From the NCBI GenBank assembly GCA_965205025.1, contig CBDBFU010000028.1, forward strand, positions 64,001 through 128,000: a DNA stretch of 64,000 nt, written 5' to 3'. The translations under genes and the position numbers were made by a program. The first letter of the stretch is position 1. Every line of letters starts with the position of its first letter. The notes under the pieces were generated by a model, which saw only the letters and a list, made by a program, of their open reading frames with translations, ran no database searches and was not told the DNA's origin. Positions 1 to 9,781 of this stretch are shown here, piece by piece. Source of the stretch: Candidatus Poribacteria bacterium. Its GTDB lineage: Bacteria; Poribacteria; WGA-4E; WGA-3G.

Positions 1-2
1 TG

Positions 3-887
3 ATACCCGGCAATATAGATCAAATTGATAAATGGAATTCACAGAAATTCCCTGAGATTTTCAGAAAATATATTCGATTAACCCGTAATGCAGCAAATGA
101 GAAACCTGATTTAATTGTCTGGCCAGAGACAGCCATTAGAGGAGAAATATTAACAGGGGAATGGACTGACTCCCATAAACTTTTTTCACAGATGATGAAT
201 TCTAATGGTGATATACCAATGCTAATTGGTGCAACAGATCCAGATGCATTTGGGGATATATATAATCGTGTCATATCTATAGCTTCAGATGGTGAAATAC
301 TGGGTAAGTATGCAAAAATGCATCTTGTTCCGTTTGGGGAATATGTTCCTCTAAGTGATTTTTTGCCCAACTTCGTTCAATTCTTACCCTTTCAACATGG
401 AAGATCTGTTGAGATATTATCAATTACAAAATCTGGAGAAAATAAGGATATAAAGGATTCAGTAAAAGTTGGTACATCCATCTGTTTCGAATCCGCTTTT
501 CCTAATCATTTTCGTAAATTTGTGAAAAAAGGTGCGAATGTGATGGGGATTCTTACAAACGATGCGTGGTTCGTAGGGACAGCATTTCCAGAATTACATT
601 TAGCAATGGCACCATTCCGTTCGGTAGAAAACAGAATTGACGTATTTAGGTGTGCGAATGGAGGTTACACATGTACAGTTGATAAATTCGGCAGAATTAA
701 ATCCTCTTTTGTAACACCAGATAATGATAAAGAGTATGTAATAGCTGGTATTTCACTATTTGATGGTAGGCAGACAATTTATACCCGTTATGGAGATTGG
801 TTTCCAATTCTATCAATATTCGTTACATTACTTATAATATCAGTTCAGATCAAACTTCACATAAACAATACACGTTTACAGAAATAA
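3..887 (+). CDS. lnt: Apolipoprotein N-acyltransferase (5'-truncated by window edge)
   Basis: Frame is open from base 3 (IPGNIDQIDKW...). Nitrilase-fold triad motifs IVWPETA, YAKMHLVPFGEY and ICFES, plus C-terminal TIYTRYGDWF. Confidence 0.95.
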   Translation: MPGNIDQIDKWNSQKFPEIFRKYIRLTRNAANEKPDLIVWPETAIRGEILTGEWTDSHKLFSQMMNSNGDIPMLIGATDPDAFGDIYNRVISIASDGEILGKYAKMHLVPFGEYVPLSDFLPNFVQFLPFQHGRSVEILSITKSGENKDIKDSVKVGTSICFESAFPNHFRKFVKKGANVMGILTNDAWFVGTAFPELHLAMAPFRSVENRIDVFRCANGGYTCTVDKFGRIKSSFVTPDNDKEYVIAGISLFDGRQTIYTRYGDWFPILSIFVTLLIISVQIKLHINNTRLQK

Positions 888-904
888 GAAAGGAATTACA
901 TATT

Positions 905-2009
905 TTGGTTGAATTAAAAACACAAATAGATGCATATACAACTCGACTTCAAGAACTCAGGGGGTATCTTTGACCTTGAAGTAAAACAGAAAGAACTTGA
1001 AGATCTTGAGAAAGAGGCATTCAGTACTGAATTCTGGGAGAATACACAAAGAGTTCAAACAGTTAATCAACGGATCTCATCTCTAAAAGAGGAAATAAAC
1101 GAATTTGATAATTTAGCAAATGCAATAGACGATCTTCAAGTACTCTTTGAATTGGCTATTGAGGAGAATGAGACTGATCTCCAATCCGAAATTGAAACTG
1201 GGTTAGAATCAATTGGTCAACAATTTGAGAAAATTGAGCTCAAATTAATGTTGGATGATGAGTTTGATGAAAATAATGCAATCATCAATATTCATCCTGG
1301 GGCAGGGGGTGTGGACGCTCAAGATTGGGCTGGTATGTTGATGAGAATGCATCTTAGATGGTGTGATCAACACAATTACACGACTGAAGTTGTAGATATT
1401 ACAAGTGGAGATGAAGCAGGAATTAAAGGCGCAACCATCTTAGTTAAGGGAACTTATGCTTATGGGTATCTGAAAGCGGAATCTGGGGTACACCGTCTCG
1501 TTAGACTTTCTCCGTTCGATTATAATAACAAGCGGCATACATCGTTTGCTGCAGTCCATGTAACCCCAGAAATCGATGACAGTGTTGAGGTGGAAATTGC
1601 CAATGAAGACCTTAGAATTGATACATACAGAGCAAGTGGCGCAGGTGGTCAACATGTAAATGTAACGGATTCTGCTGTGCGAATTACACATATACCCACT
1701 GGAATTATAATCCAATGTCAAAATGAACGTTCACAACACAGGAACAGAGAGATTGCAATGAAAGTGTTACGTTCCCGTTTGTATGAACATTTACGAGCTC
1801 AAAGAGATGAAGAGATAGCGAAACTCCAACCCGAAAGAAGAAATATCGACTTTGGTAGTCAAATTAGATCTTATGTTCTACATCCGTACCAACGTGTAAA
1901 AGACAATAGAACTAATCTTGAAACCGGAAATGTTGATGCAGTGTTAAATGGTGATTTGGATATGTTTATTGAAGGTTATTTGAAAATGAAACCCACAGGA
2001 AGTAATTGA
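905..2009 (+). CDS. prfB: Peptide chain release factor 2, translated via programmed +1 frameshift
   Basis: TTG start at 905 after AGGA. Frame 0 ends AGG GGG TAT CTT TGA C (959-974); the +1 frame contains the SPF and GGQ motifs. Confidence 0.97.
959..974 (+). promoter_or_regulatory. prfB programmed +1 ribosomal frameshift site (internal SD AGGGGG, CTT TGA C)
   Basis: Exact canonical sequence AGGGGGTATCTTTGAC. Confidence 0.97.
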
Positions 2010-2032
2010 AACATCACATACTGGAGGAACAC

Positions 2033-3466
2033 ATGTATAAAATACAAGATTATATTTACATAACACTGTTCTTCTGTTTGTTCTTGGTAGATTATAACGC
2101 ATGTGCAGCTGTGATTAATGTTCCAAATGAAGAATTTACGATCCAATCAGGAATTGATGCTGCCGAAAATGGTGATACCGTTTTGGTTGCAAAGGGAGTT
2201 TATAAAGGTCCTGGAAATGTCAACATCGATTTTAAAGGCAAACAGATAATAGTAAAATCTGAGAGTGGACCAAAAACAACAATAATTACATGTTCATATC
2301 AATCCAATACACGCGGGTTTAGTTTTACGAACAAAGAGACAAATGACGCTGTGTTGGAAGGTTTTACAATTCGCAATGGAATCCATATAAATGGTGGTGG
2401 AATTTACATTTTTAATTCTTCTCCAACAATAAAGAATTGCATTGTTGAGTGGAATCGAACTGTGAGAGACGGTTCAAGGACAGGACAAGGTGGTGGCATT
2501 TACGCTAAGAATTCGGATGTTGTGTTAAGGGGATGTACTATTAGCAACAACCGTGCTGTCTCCTACGGTGGTGGTGTTTTCTTTGAAGGATCCGAAGAAG
2601 ATGATATTGAAAAAAGAGACGGATTCTATCAACCAAGTGTGATTGACTGTACTATATCACATAATACGGGTAGTGGTATTCATAGTATAGAGAGTGTACG
2701 CACTATTATCAAAGACTCAAAAGTTTCTCAGAATTCAAGACGGGGTATAGTAGCTGCAATTTTTCAAAGGGGTGGCACTTTCGTAACGAACTGTGTAATC
2801 TCTCAAAATACTGGTGGTGGTGTGGAATGTAACGAATTCTCTATTTTGAAGATCCAAGATTCTGTCATCAAACAAAATACTGGAGAGATCGGTGGGGGAA
2901 TCTACGGAAGTCCGTCAGCAGAAATTGAAGCTACGAACTGTGTTATCGCTCAGAATATAGCGCAGCGATGGGGTGGTGGTATTGGCATAACATCTAAATT
3001 CGGTGGTACGACCATAACCAATTGTACCATTACACGTAATGTGTCAGAAGAAAAAGGTGGTGGCGTTTACGCTTCATTATTTGGTGCTGGTTTAACAATG
3101 TTAAACTCTATAGTTTGGGGAAATAGTTCTAACCGTACTCATAATGAAATCTTTGGCAGTGGACCAACAATCACCATTAGAAATTCTGATATCAAGGATG
3201 GAATCAAAGGCTTTGTAATACCACCATTTGATGAATGGCTAATCTATGAGGATAATATCGAAGCTGATCCGCTTTTCGTAAATCCTGATAGTGGGGATTA
3301 TAGTCTTGAACCAAACAGTCCAGCCATAGGAATGGGGCATACGGCGGAATTAAAGATAGATGTCGAAGAAGATGAACAAGAACAAGAAGAAGAAAAGGCT
3401 CCAGTTAATGTAACTTCAGCTGGAAAGCTTGTTGTAAAATGGGGTGTTTTGAAACAAGAAGATTAG
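2033..3466 (+). CDS. Secreted right-handed parallel beta-helix (pectin-lyase-like) protein with C-terminal KLxxxWGxLK motif
   Basis: GGAGG RBS before ATG 2033; signal peptide; TIQSGIDAA..GDTVLV..GVY; repeated GGGI..NCxIxxN turns; DPLFV..DY; ends GKLVVKWGVLKQED. Confidence 0.85.
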   Translation: MYKIQDYIYITLFFCLFLVDYNACAAVINVPNEEFTIQSGIDAAENGDTVLVAKGVYKGPGNVNIDFKGKQIIVKSESGPKTTIITCSYQSNTRGFSFTNKETNDAVLEGFTIRNGIHINGGGIYIFNSSPTIKNCIVEWNRTVRDGSRTGQGGGIYAKNSDVVLRGCTISNNRAVSYGGGVFFEGSEEDDIEKRDGFYQPSVIDCTISHNTGSGIHSIESVRTIIKDSKVSQNSRRGIVAAIFQRGGTFVTNCVISQNTGGGVECNEFSILKIQDSVIKQNTGEIGGGIYGSPSAEIEATNCVIAQNIAQRWGGGIGITSKFGGTTITNCTITRNVSEEKGGGVYASLFGAGLTMLNSIVWGNSSNRTHNEIFGSGPTITIRNSDIKDGIKGFVIPPFDEWLIYEDNIEADPLFVNPDSGDYSLEPNSPAIGMGHTAELKIDVEEDEQEQEEEKAPVNVTSAGKLVVKWGVLKQED

Positions 3467-3486
3467 CTCTAAAGTTGGAGAAATAC

Positions 3487-4884
3487 ATGAAGAGATATTG
3501 CCAGCAAGTTTATTTAATTATCATTCTATGTTTCTTTTGTATGGATACCTCAATTTTTGCTGCTGTGATACAAATTCCTGATGATCTTCCTACAATACAA
3601 TCTGGCATTGATGCTGCAAAAAATGGTGATACGGTCTTGATCGCAGATGGAATCTATAAAGGTGATGGTAATGTTAACTTAGATTATAAAGGGAAACAGA
3701 TAATAGTAAAATCTGAGAGTGGACCAAAAACAACAATTATCAACTGTTCACATCAACCCAACACCCGGGGGTTTACTTTTACAAACAAAGAGACAAATGA
3801 CGCTGTGTTGGAAGGTTTTACAATTCGTAATGGAATCCATATAAATGGTGGTGGAATTTATATTTTTAATTCTTCACCAACAATAAAGAATTGCATTATT
3901 GAGTGGAATCGTGCAGTGAAAGAGAGTACTGTGACAGGACGAGGTGGTGGGATTTATGCGAAAAATTCGGAAGTAGATATTATTGGTTGTACAATTAGCA
4001 ACAATCAAGCCGAACATACCTATGGTGGTGGTATTTGCTTTGAAGGTGACAAAGAAGATCCTGACTTTTTTCTTGTAAGATTCTATCAACCGAGTATAAG
4101 TAATTCTATCATTGATCAGAATACTGGTAGCGGTATCCACAATATAGGGTATATACAGACACACATCAAGAAATCAATAATCTCTCGAAATACGCTACGC
4201 GGTATAGTAGCTACAGATTTTCAACGAGGCGGTACCTACATTACGAACTGTGTAATCTCTCAAAATACTGGTGGTGGTGTGGAATGTAACCAACACTCAA
4301 TAATGGAGATTAAAGATTCTGTCATCAAACAAAATACTGGAAAGATCGGTGGGGGAATCTACGGAAATACGGCAGCATCAATTGAGGCTACGAACTGTGT
4401 TATCGCTCAAAATATAGCACAGCAATCAGGTGGTGGTATAGGTATAGAATCTAAATGGGGTGGTACGACCATAACCAATTGTACCATTACACGTAATGTG
4501 TCAGAAGAACAGGGAGGCGGTGTATATGCTTTTTCATTTGGTGCAGGTTTAACTATGTTAAACTCTATAGTATGGGCAAATAGTTCTAATGGTACTCATA
4601 ATAATCTATTTGGAAGTGGACCAAGTATTGTTATAAAAAATTCAGATATCAAGGATGGAATTCAAGGTATTGAAATTCCACCATTTGATGAATGGTTAAT
4701 CTATGAAGATAATATTGATTCAGACCCACTGTTTGTTGATCCTGATAACGGGGATTATAGGTTAATGCAAGGGAGTCCAGCTGTAGGAATGGGGGCTAAT
4801 ACATTATCTCAAATTCCAACGAGTGTCAGGTCTGTTGGTAAGAAATGGTTGAAATGGGGAGAACTCAAACTGAATACACGTTAG
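3487..4884 (+). CDS. Secreted parallel beta-helix protein, tandem paralog of 2033..3466
   Basis: GGAG RBS before ATG 3487; same motifs and long identical blocks shared with the upstream gene; ends GKKWLKWGELKLNTR. Confidence 0.85.
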   Translation: MKRYCQQVYLIIILCFFCMDTSIFAAVIQIPDDLPTIQSGIDAAKNGDTVLIADGIYKGDGNVNLDYKGKQIIVKSESGPKTTIINCSHQPNTRGFTFTNKETNDAVLEGFTIRNGIHINGGGIYIFNSSPTIKNCIIEWNRAVKESTVTGRGGGIYAKNSEVDIIGCTISNNQAEHTYGGGICFEGDKEDPDFFLVRFYQPSISNSIIDQNTGSGIHNIGYIQTHIKKSIISRNTLRGIVATDFQRGGTYITNCVISQNTGGGVECNQHSIMEIKDSVIKQNTGKIGGGIYGNTAASIEATNCVIAQNIAQQSGGGIGIESKWGGTTITNCTITRNVSEEQGGGVYAFSFGAGLTMLNSIVWANSSNGTHNNLFGSGPSIVIKNSDIKDGIQGIEIPPFDEWLIYEDNIDSDPLFVDPDNGDYRLMQGSPAVGMGANTLSQIPTSVRSVGKKWLKWGELKLNTR

Positions 4885-4904
4885 AATGAAATGGGTCAAA
4901 CATT
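4885..4904 (+). repeat. Left copy of exact 20-bp direct repeat AATGAAATGGGTCAAACATT
   Basis: Identical to 6921-6940; begins immediately after the stop codon at 4884. Confidence 0.9.
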
Positions 4905-4990
4905 CTCATATAATTTACTGAATCAGATAGCAAGACTATTCTGATGAAATCTCCCAATTCGGCTCGCTTATCCGACGACAAGGAGGCATC

Positions 4991-5278
4991 ATGAAAAACG
5001 CTGAACTTAAACAACAAGCGATTGCTTATATTGAACAACTTTCGACTGAAAAACTTGAGACCGCCCTTAACTACCTCGCTGCTCTTCGGAATTCTGATCT
5101 TTGGGTAGCCGAGACGGAGTCGGAAGAACGAAAAAGTTCGGATCAGGTGTCTCCACTCCTTGCATTGGCGGGAACGTTGGAATGTGACGAGGAGAACATC
5201 AGTGATCGCCACGATGAGTTGATCGGTGATGGGTTACTAACAGAGCTATGGGGGCGTGCGGATACCTATAGTGGGTAG
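4991..5278 (+). CDS. Small antitoxin-like protein (DUF2281-like), no adjacent toxin
   Basis: AAGGAGG RBS; N-terminal IEQLSTEKLETALNYLAAL and C-terminal LLALAGTLE..ISDRHDELIG patterns typical of small type II antitoxins. Confidence 0.6.
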   Translation: MKNAELKQQAIAYIEQLSTEKLETALNYLAALRNSDLWVAETESEERKSSDQVSPLLALAGTLECDEENISDRHDELIGDGLLTELWGRADTYSG

Positions 5279-5308
5279 TCCACGTTAATTTTGTGAGTAG
5301 TTTCTTCT

Positions 5309-5366
5309 GTAGGAGCGACCTCCTGGTCGCGACATGATTTTTCGTAGCGCAAACTGTTAGTTTGCG
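5309..5366 (+). repeat. Two GTAG-type REP-like hairpins
   Basis: GTAGGAGCGACC-TCCT-GGTCGC (5309-5330) and GTAG-CGCAAACT-GTT-AGTTTGCG (5344-5366). Degenerate copies of the latter occur near 55794 and 57113. Confidence 0.7.
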
Positions 5367-5519
5367 TCCTCACAGGCACAATCTAAGCAATATTAAATAA
5401 TTAATTAGCAATTTTCCGATTTTTACCACAGACACTGAACCCGTAATTGACGCACAATATACATATCTAATATGTGAAATCCGTGTAATCCACAATTCAG
5501 ACAAAGTGGTAATGGAATT

Positions 5520-6848
5520 ATGAAACGTTATCCTGAATATAAAGACAGCGGTGTGGATTGGATTGGTGAGATACCAAAGGATTGGAATGCAGTTCCATTG
5601 ACAAAGTATTTGGAGTCTATCATTGACTACAGAGGTAGAACGCCGGAAAAGACAGAGAATGGAAGGTTTCTTGTTACCGCCAAAAACATAAGAGATGGTC
5701 AAATTGATTATGAACTTTCTCAGGAATTTACATCAGAAGATGAATATCAAAGATTAATGACCAGGGGTGTGCCACAAATAGGTGATGTGCTTTTCACAAC
5801 AGAAGCACCGTTGGGTGAGGTGGCAAATGTAGATGATGTCTCAATTGCTCTGGCACAGCGGATTATTAAGTTTAGACCTAAGACAGATTTACTTAATCCG
5901 TATTTTCTGAAGTATTGGATACTCTCCTATTGTTTCCAATCTGACCTACAGCGATATGCAACGGGTTCAACAGCACGAGGCATAAAAGCGAGTAAACTCT
6001 GTTTATTAAAACTCAATCTACCCCCTCTTAAAGAACAAACCAAAATCGCCAACTTCCTTGACCGAAAAACAGAACAAATCGACAAACTCATCCGCATCAA
6101 AGAACGAAAAATAGAACTCCTACAAGAACAACGCACTGCACTGATAAATCACGCAGTGACAAAAGGACTTGACCCAAATGTGGAGATGAAACCATCGGGT
6201 GTGGAGTGGATTGGGGAAATTCCAAAGCATTGGGTAGTTAAACGACTAAAATATTTAGCAAGATTAATATCAAAAGGGACAACTCCCACAACACTTGGGA
6301 GAGAAATTATGGATGAAGGTGAAATTCGTTTTATTAAAGGTGAAAACTTAGTTGATAGTCAAATCGAACTCGAACCTGCATACTTTATTGATGAAGAAAC
6401 AAACCAATTGCTAAATAGATCTAAATTAGAGGAAAATGACCTTCTTTTTGTTATTGCGGGAACAATAGGAAAAGTTGGAATAGTTCGATCAATTCATTTA
6501 CCTGCAAATACTAATCAAGCTTTATCATTTATAAGACTTAACGAGGATGAACTACCCGAATTTGTTTTTTATTGGCTGCAATCGGATAAAATTCAAAATA
6601 TGGTTTGGTTAGATGTAGTAAAATCAGCACAACCTAACTTATCTATGGAGAACTTAGGTAACCTGTATATACCATATCCATGTCTTACTGAACAAAGACA
6701 GATTATTCGATACATTAAGGAGAAATCAGAAACCATAGTTAATCACATTAAACAGTCTTATGAACAGATTAAACTCCTAAAAGAATACCGACAATCCCTT
6801 ATCACCGAAGCAGTGACAGGTAAAATTGATGTCCGAAACGAGGTTTAG
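5520..6848 (+). CDS. hsdS: Type I restriction-modification specificity subunit, orphan in this window
   Basis: Two TRDs, each preceded by SGV[DE]WIGEIP; helical spacers LPPLKEQTKIA and LKEYRQSLITEAVTGKIDVR. Confidence 0.93.
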   Translation: MKRYPEYKDSGVDWIGEIPKDWNAVPLTKYLESIIDYRGRTPEKTENGRFLVTAKNIRDGQIDYELSQEFTSEDEYQRLMTRGVPQIGDVLFTTEAPLGEVANVDDVSIALAQRIIKFRPKTDLLNPYFLKYWILSYCFQSDLQRYATGSTARGIKASKLCLLKLNLPPLKEQTKIANFLDRKTEQIDKLIRIKERKIELLQEQRTALINHAVTKGLDPNVEMKPSGVEWIGEIPKHWVVKRLKYLARLISKGTTPTTLGREIMDEGEIRFIKGENLVDSQIELEPAYFIDEETNQLLNRSKLEENDLLFVIAGTIGKVGIVRSIHLPANTNQALSFIRLNEDELPEFVFYWLQSDKIQNMVWLDVVKSAQPNLSMENLGNLYIPYPCLTEQRQIIRYIKEKSETIVNHIKQSYEQIKLLKEYRQSLITEAVTGKIDVRNEV

Positions 6849-6920
6849 ATCCTATCTTGTTATTTTTTTGATTCGGCGTACAATATAGGGGTATAAAGTT
6901 TATGGCAGTAACAAGCATAA

Positions 6921-6940
6921 AATGAAATGGGTCAAACATT
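6921..6940 (+). repeat. Right copy of exact 20-bp direct repeat
   Basis: Identical to 4885-4904. Confidence 0.9.
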
Positions 6941-7379
6941 ATTAAATAAAAAATGAAGAAAAAATCCATATCTAACAACTAACATACATATATCACAAAA
7001 ATAGAAGCACACTTTAAGAATATCTGTCAAAATGAAAATAAAATTAAGGGTTAGAACACAAACTAAAAACCAATAACTATAAACTAATGACTATCTATAA
7101 AAGCGATCCTAATTACGAACTTTTATATACGTTAAAAAACACGCATCTTTTGACGGTTAGAAATGTCAAAATCAGGAAGGACAACAAAAACACAAAAGCA
7201 CATTTTTTTGAAATTCTTATAAATCAAGTCCAAACTGCTATAACCCCATTCTATGACAGGGGTTATAGGGGTAATTTACACCAATTTCAATGTCACACCA
7301 TGTGACAAAAAGTGTAACTTTTTTCATTTTTTCGACGCATAGAGAAATGCAACAGTAATACGATCTACTGTCTGAGTAT

Positions 7380-7448
7380 TTAGGATTAAATGTCTGTTTT
7401 TATAGTTTATTTTTGTATGTATATTAGGATTAAATGTCTGTTTTTATA
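7380..7448 (+). repeat. 25-bp direct repeat pair TTAGGATTAAATGTCTGTTTTTATA
   Basis: Copies at 7380-7404 and 7424-7448, upstream of lysS. Confidence 0.8.
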
Positions 7449-7682
7449 CCTTTTTAACAATCAGAAATATCAGTTATTGAAGAGTATTCTCAAGACCAAG
7501 TTACAATCTACCGATCTAATTCGGGAAATTTGTGTAATCTTTCTATTCCAAACACAAGATAGGGATTTCAAGCCAAAAACTTTACTTATCTATAAATTGG
7601 TTTCATGTTGCATAGATTAGGAAATAAGGGTATAATTAAAAGGTCTATAATATGTATGTAAGAGGGGAAGGAGGGTAGATAT

Positions 7683-9155
7683 ATGGAAGAATCAAATGAC
7701 TTAATGCGACAACGAAAAGAAAAAGTAAATGAAATCCGTGAAGCGGGTATTAATCCTTATCCGCATCAATATACACCTACACACTCAACGTCACTCATTC
7801 ATAATGAATTTGAAGATGCGGATGATACACCAGATGAGAAAAATAAAGTCACTATCGCTGGAAGGATAATGACAAAACGCGATCATGGAAAAAGCAGTTT
7901 TGCACATATACAAGATAGTGAAGGACAAATCCAAATATACATACGACGGGACAATGTTGGACAAGATGCCTACCAGATATATCGAAAAGTTGATGTTGGT
8001 GATATTATCGGTGTGAGTGGCGTCGTTTTTCGGACACGTACTGGTGAGTTAACTATACTTGCTGATACAGTCGAATTACTCTCCAAATCTATCAGACCTC
8101 TCCCTGAAAAATGGCACGGTTTACAAGATAAGCAGACAAGATACAGACAACGTTATGCTGATCTTATCATGAATCCTGAAGTAAAGGATGTATTTATCAA
8201 GAGAACACATATTATACAAACTATACGGGACATGTTAAATGATGACAATTTCATTGAAGTAGAAACACCTGTCTTACAACCTATTTACGGAGGGGCAAGT
8301 GCGCGGCCATTTACGACTTATCATAATACATTAGATCAACCTTTATATCTCAGAATCGCGAATGAACTTTACTTAAAAAGACTAATTGTCGGTGGATTTG
8401 ATAGAGTCTATGAATTTTCACGTGACTTCAGAAACGAAGGAATGGACAGAGATCATAATCCAGAATTTACCATGTTAGAACTCTATCAAGCTTATGCTGA
8501 TTATCGAGAAATAATGGAACTAACAGAGAATCTTATTGCACAGACTGTTGAAAAACTACACGGCACAACAAAAATACAATACCAGGAGCAAGAGTTAGAT
8601 TTTACACCACCTTGGAACAGAATTACAATGGTGGAATCAATTCAGCAACACAGTAATTTTGATCCTGTTTCCTTATCTGATGACGAACTATACACTAAGT
8701 CTATTAATGCTGGAATTGAATTAGAAGGTGATGAATCAAGAGGTGAAATTATAGCAGAACTGTTCGATACATTTGTTGAAGATAAACTAATTCAACCCAC
8801 CTTTATTTATGATTACCCTATAGAAGTTTCTCCTTTTGCTAAAAAGAAACCTGAAAATCCTGAATATGTTGAACGGTTTGAATTCTTTATTTCTGGAATG
8901 GAAGTTGGTAATGCTTTTAGCGAACTAAATGATCCAATTGATCAACGACAACGTTTCTTAGAACAAGCAAGCAATTTAGAGAAAGGTGATGAAGAAGCCT
9001 TTATGGTTGATGAAGATTATCTACGCGCATTGGAATACGGAATGCCACCCACAGGTGGACTTGGAATAGGAATTGATAGATTGACAATGTTGTTGACTGA
9101 TCAATATTCCATTCGTGATGTGATTCTGTTTCCGCAAATGCGACCAGAAAGTTAA
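7683..9155 (+). CDS. lysS: Lysine--tRNA ligase (class II)
   Basis: OB-fold anticodon domain; YLRIANELYLKRL, FRNEG, HNPEFT and GLGIGIDRL motifs. Confidence 0.98.
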   Translation: MEESNDLMRQRKEKVNEIREAGINPYPHQYTPTHSTSLIHNEFEDADDTPDEKNKVTIAGRIMTKRDHGKSSFAHIQDSEGQIQIYIRRDNVGQDAYQIYRKVDVGDIIGVSGVVFRTRTGELTILADTVELLSKSIRPLPEKWHGLQDKQTRYRQRYADLIMNPEVKDVFIKRTHIIQTIRDMLNDDNFIEVETPVLQPIYGGASARPFTTYHNTLDQPLYLRIANELYLKRLIVGGFDRVYEFSRDFRNEGMDRDHNPEFTMLELYQAYADYREIMELTENLIAQTVEKLHGTTKIQYQEQELDFTPPWNRITMVESIQQHSNFDPVSLSDDELYTKSINAGIELEGDESRGEIIAELFDTFVEDKLIQPTFIYDYPIEVSPFAKKKPENPEYVERFEFFISGMEVGNAFSELNDPIDQRQRFLEQASNLEKGDEEAFMVDEDYLRALEYGMPPTGGLGIGIDRLTMLLTDQYSIRDVILFPQMRPES

Positions 9156-9716
9156 ATGCTTACACCACCGATACTAAATACAGAAAGGCTGTTACTACGA
9201 CCATTTAAGCTGGAAGATGCTTCAGAGGTACAACGACTGGCTGGGGAAAGAGATATAGCTGCAAACACAGCTGTCATTCCACATCCCTATGAAGATGGGA
9301 TGGCAGAGGAGTGGATTTTTTCACATAGCAAGGGATATGAAGAAGGAACTGCACTCAATTTAGCAATTACACAAAAAGATAACGATACCTCTCAAGAAAC
9401 TCTTCTAATAGGTGCAATCGGTATAAGTATTGATCTCACAGAAAAAATCGGAGAACTAGGATTTTGGATTGGAAAACCGTATTGGAACAAAGGTTATTGT
9501 ACAGAAGCTGCAAAAGAAGTACTCATGTACAGTTTTAATGATATAGGTTTAAAGAGTATTCACGCCTTTCATTTTGGAAGAAATCCTGCATCAGGAAGAG
9601 TATTGCAAAAAATCGGTATGCAATATGAAGACTCCTTTCCAAATGCTATTGAAAAATGGGGAAAGAAGGAAGACCTAATCAAGTATAATATTCAAAGTAA
9701 TGTTATTGATTCCTAA
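9156..9716 (+). CDS. GNAT family (RimJ/RimL-like) N-acetyltransferase
   Basis: TERLLLRP, ELGFWIGKPYWNKGYCTEA, NPASGRVLQKIGM. Confidence 0.9.
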   Translation: MLTPPILNTERLLLRPFKLEDASEVQRLAGERDIAANTAVIPHPYEDGMAEEWIFSHSKGYEEGTALNLAITQKDNDTSQETLLIGAIGISIDLTEKIGELGFWIGKPYWNKGYCTEAAKEVLMYSFNDIGLKSIHAFHFGRNPASGRVLQKIGMQYEDSFPNAIEKWGKKEDLIKYNIQSNVIDS

Positions 9717-9781
9717 TACACCTTAATCTGAGATAATTTATCAGGCTACGGCTGATATAGAAAATTAATTTAATCTATTAT

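Noticed and set aside
930-971. ORF-track start of prfB (MHIQLDF...)
   Set aside because: Out-of-frame artifact; the real N-terminus starts at 905 and joins by +1 frameshift.
4865-5212. 115-aa minus-strand ORF as the missing toxin
   Set aside because: Fully antisense to the antitoxin-like gene, with no PIN/RelE/HicA-type motifs.
4885-6940. Integron cassette array or complete type I R-M / TA system
   Set aside because: No intI, no convincing attC, and no hsdM/hsdR or toxin ORF in the window.
7087-7620. Short ORFs 7087..7305 and 7390..7620
   Set aside because: No RBS or recognisable motifs, low-complexity AT-rich DNA, and they overlap palindromes and repeats.
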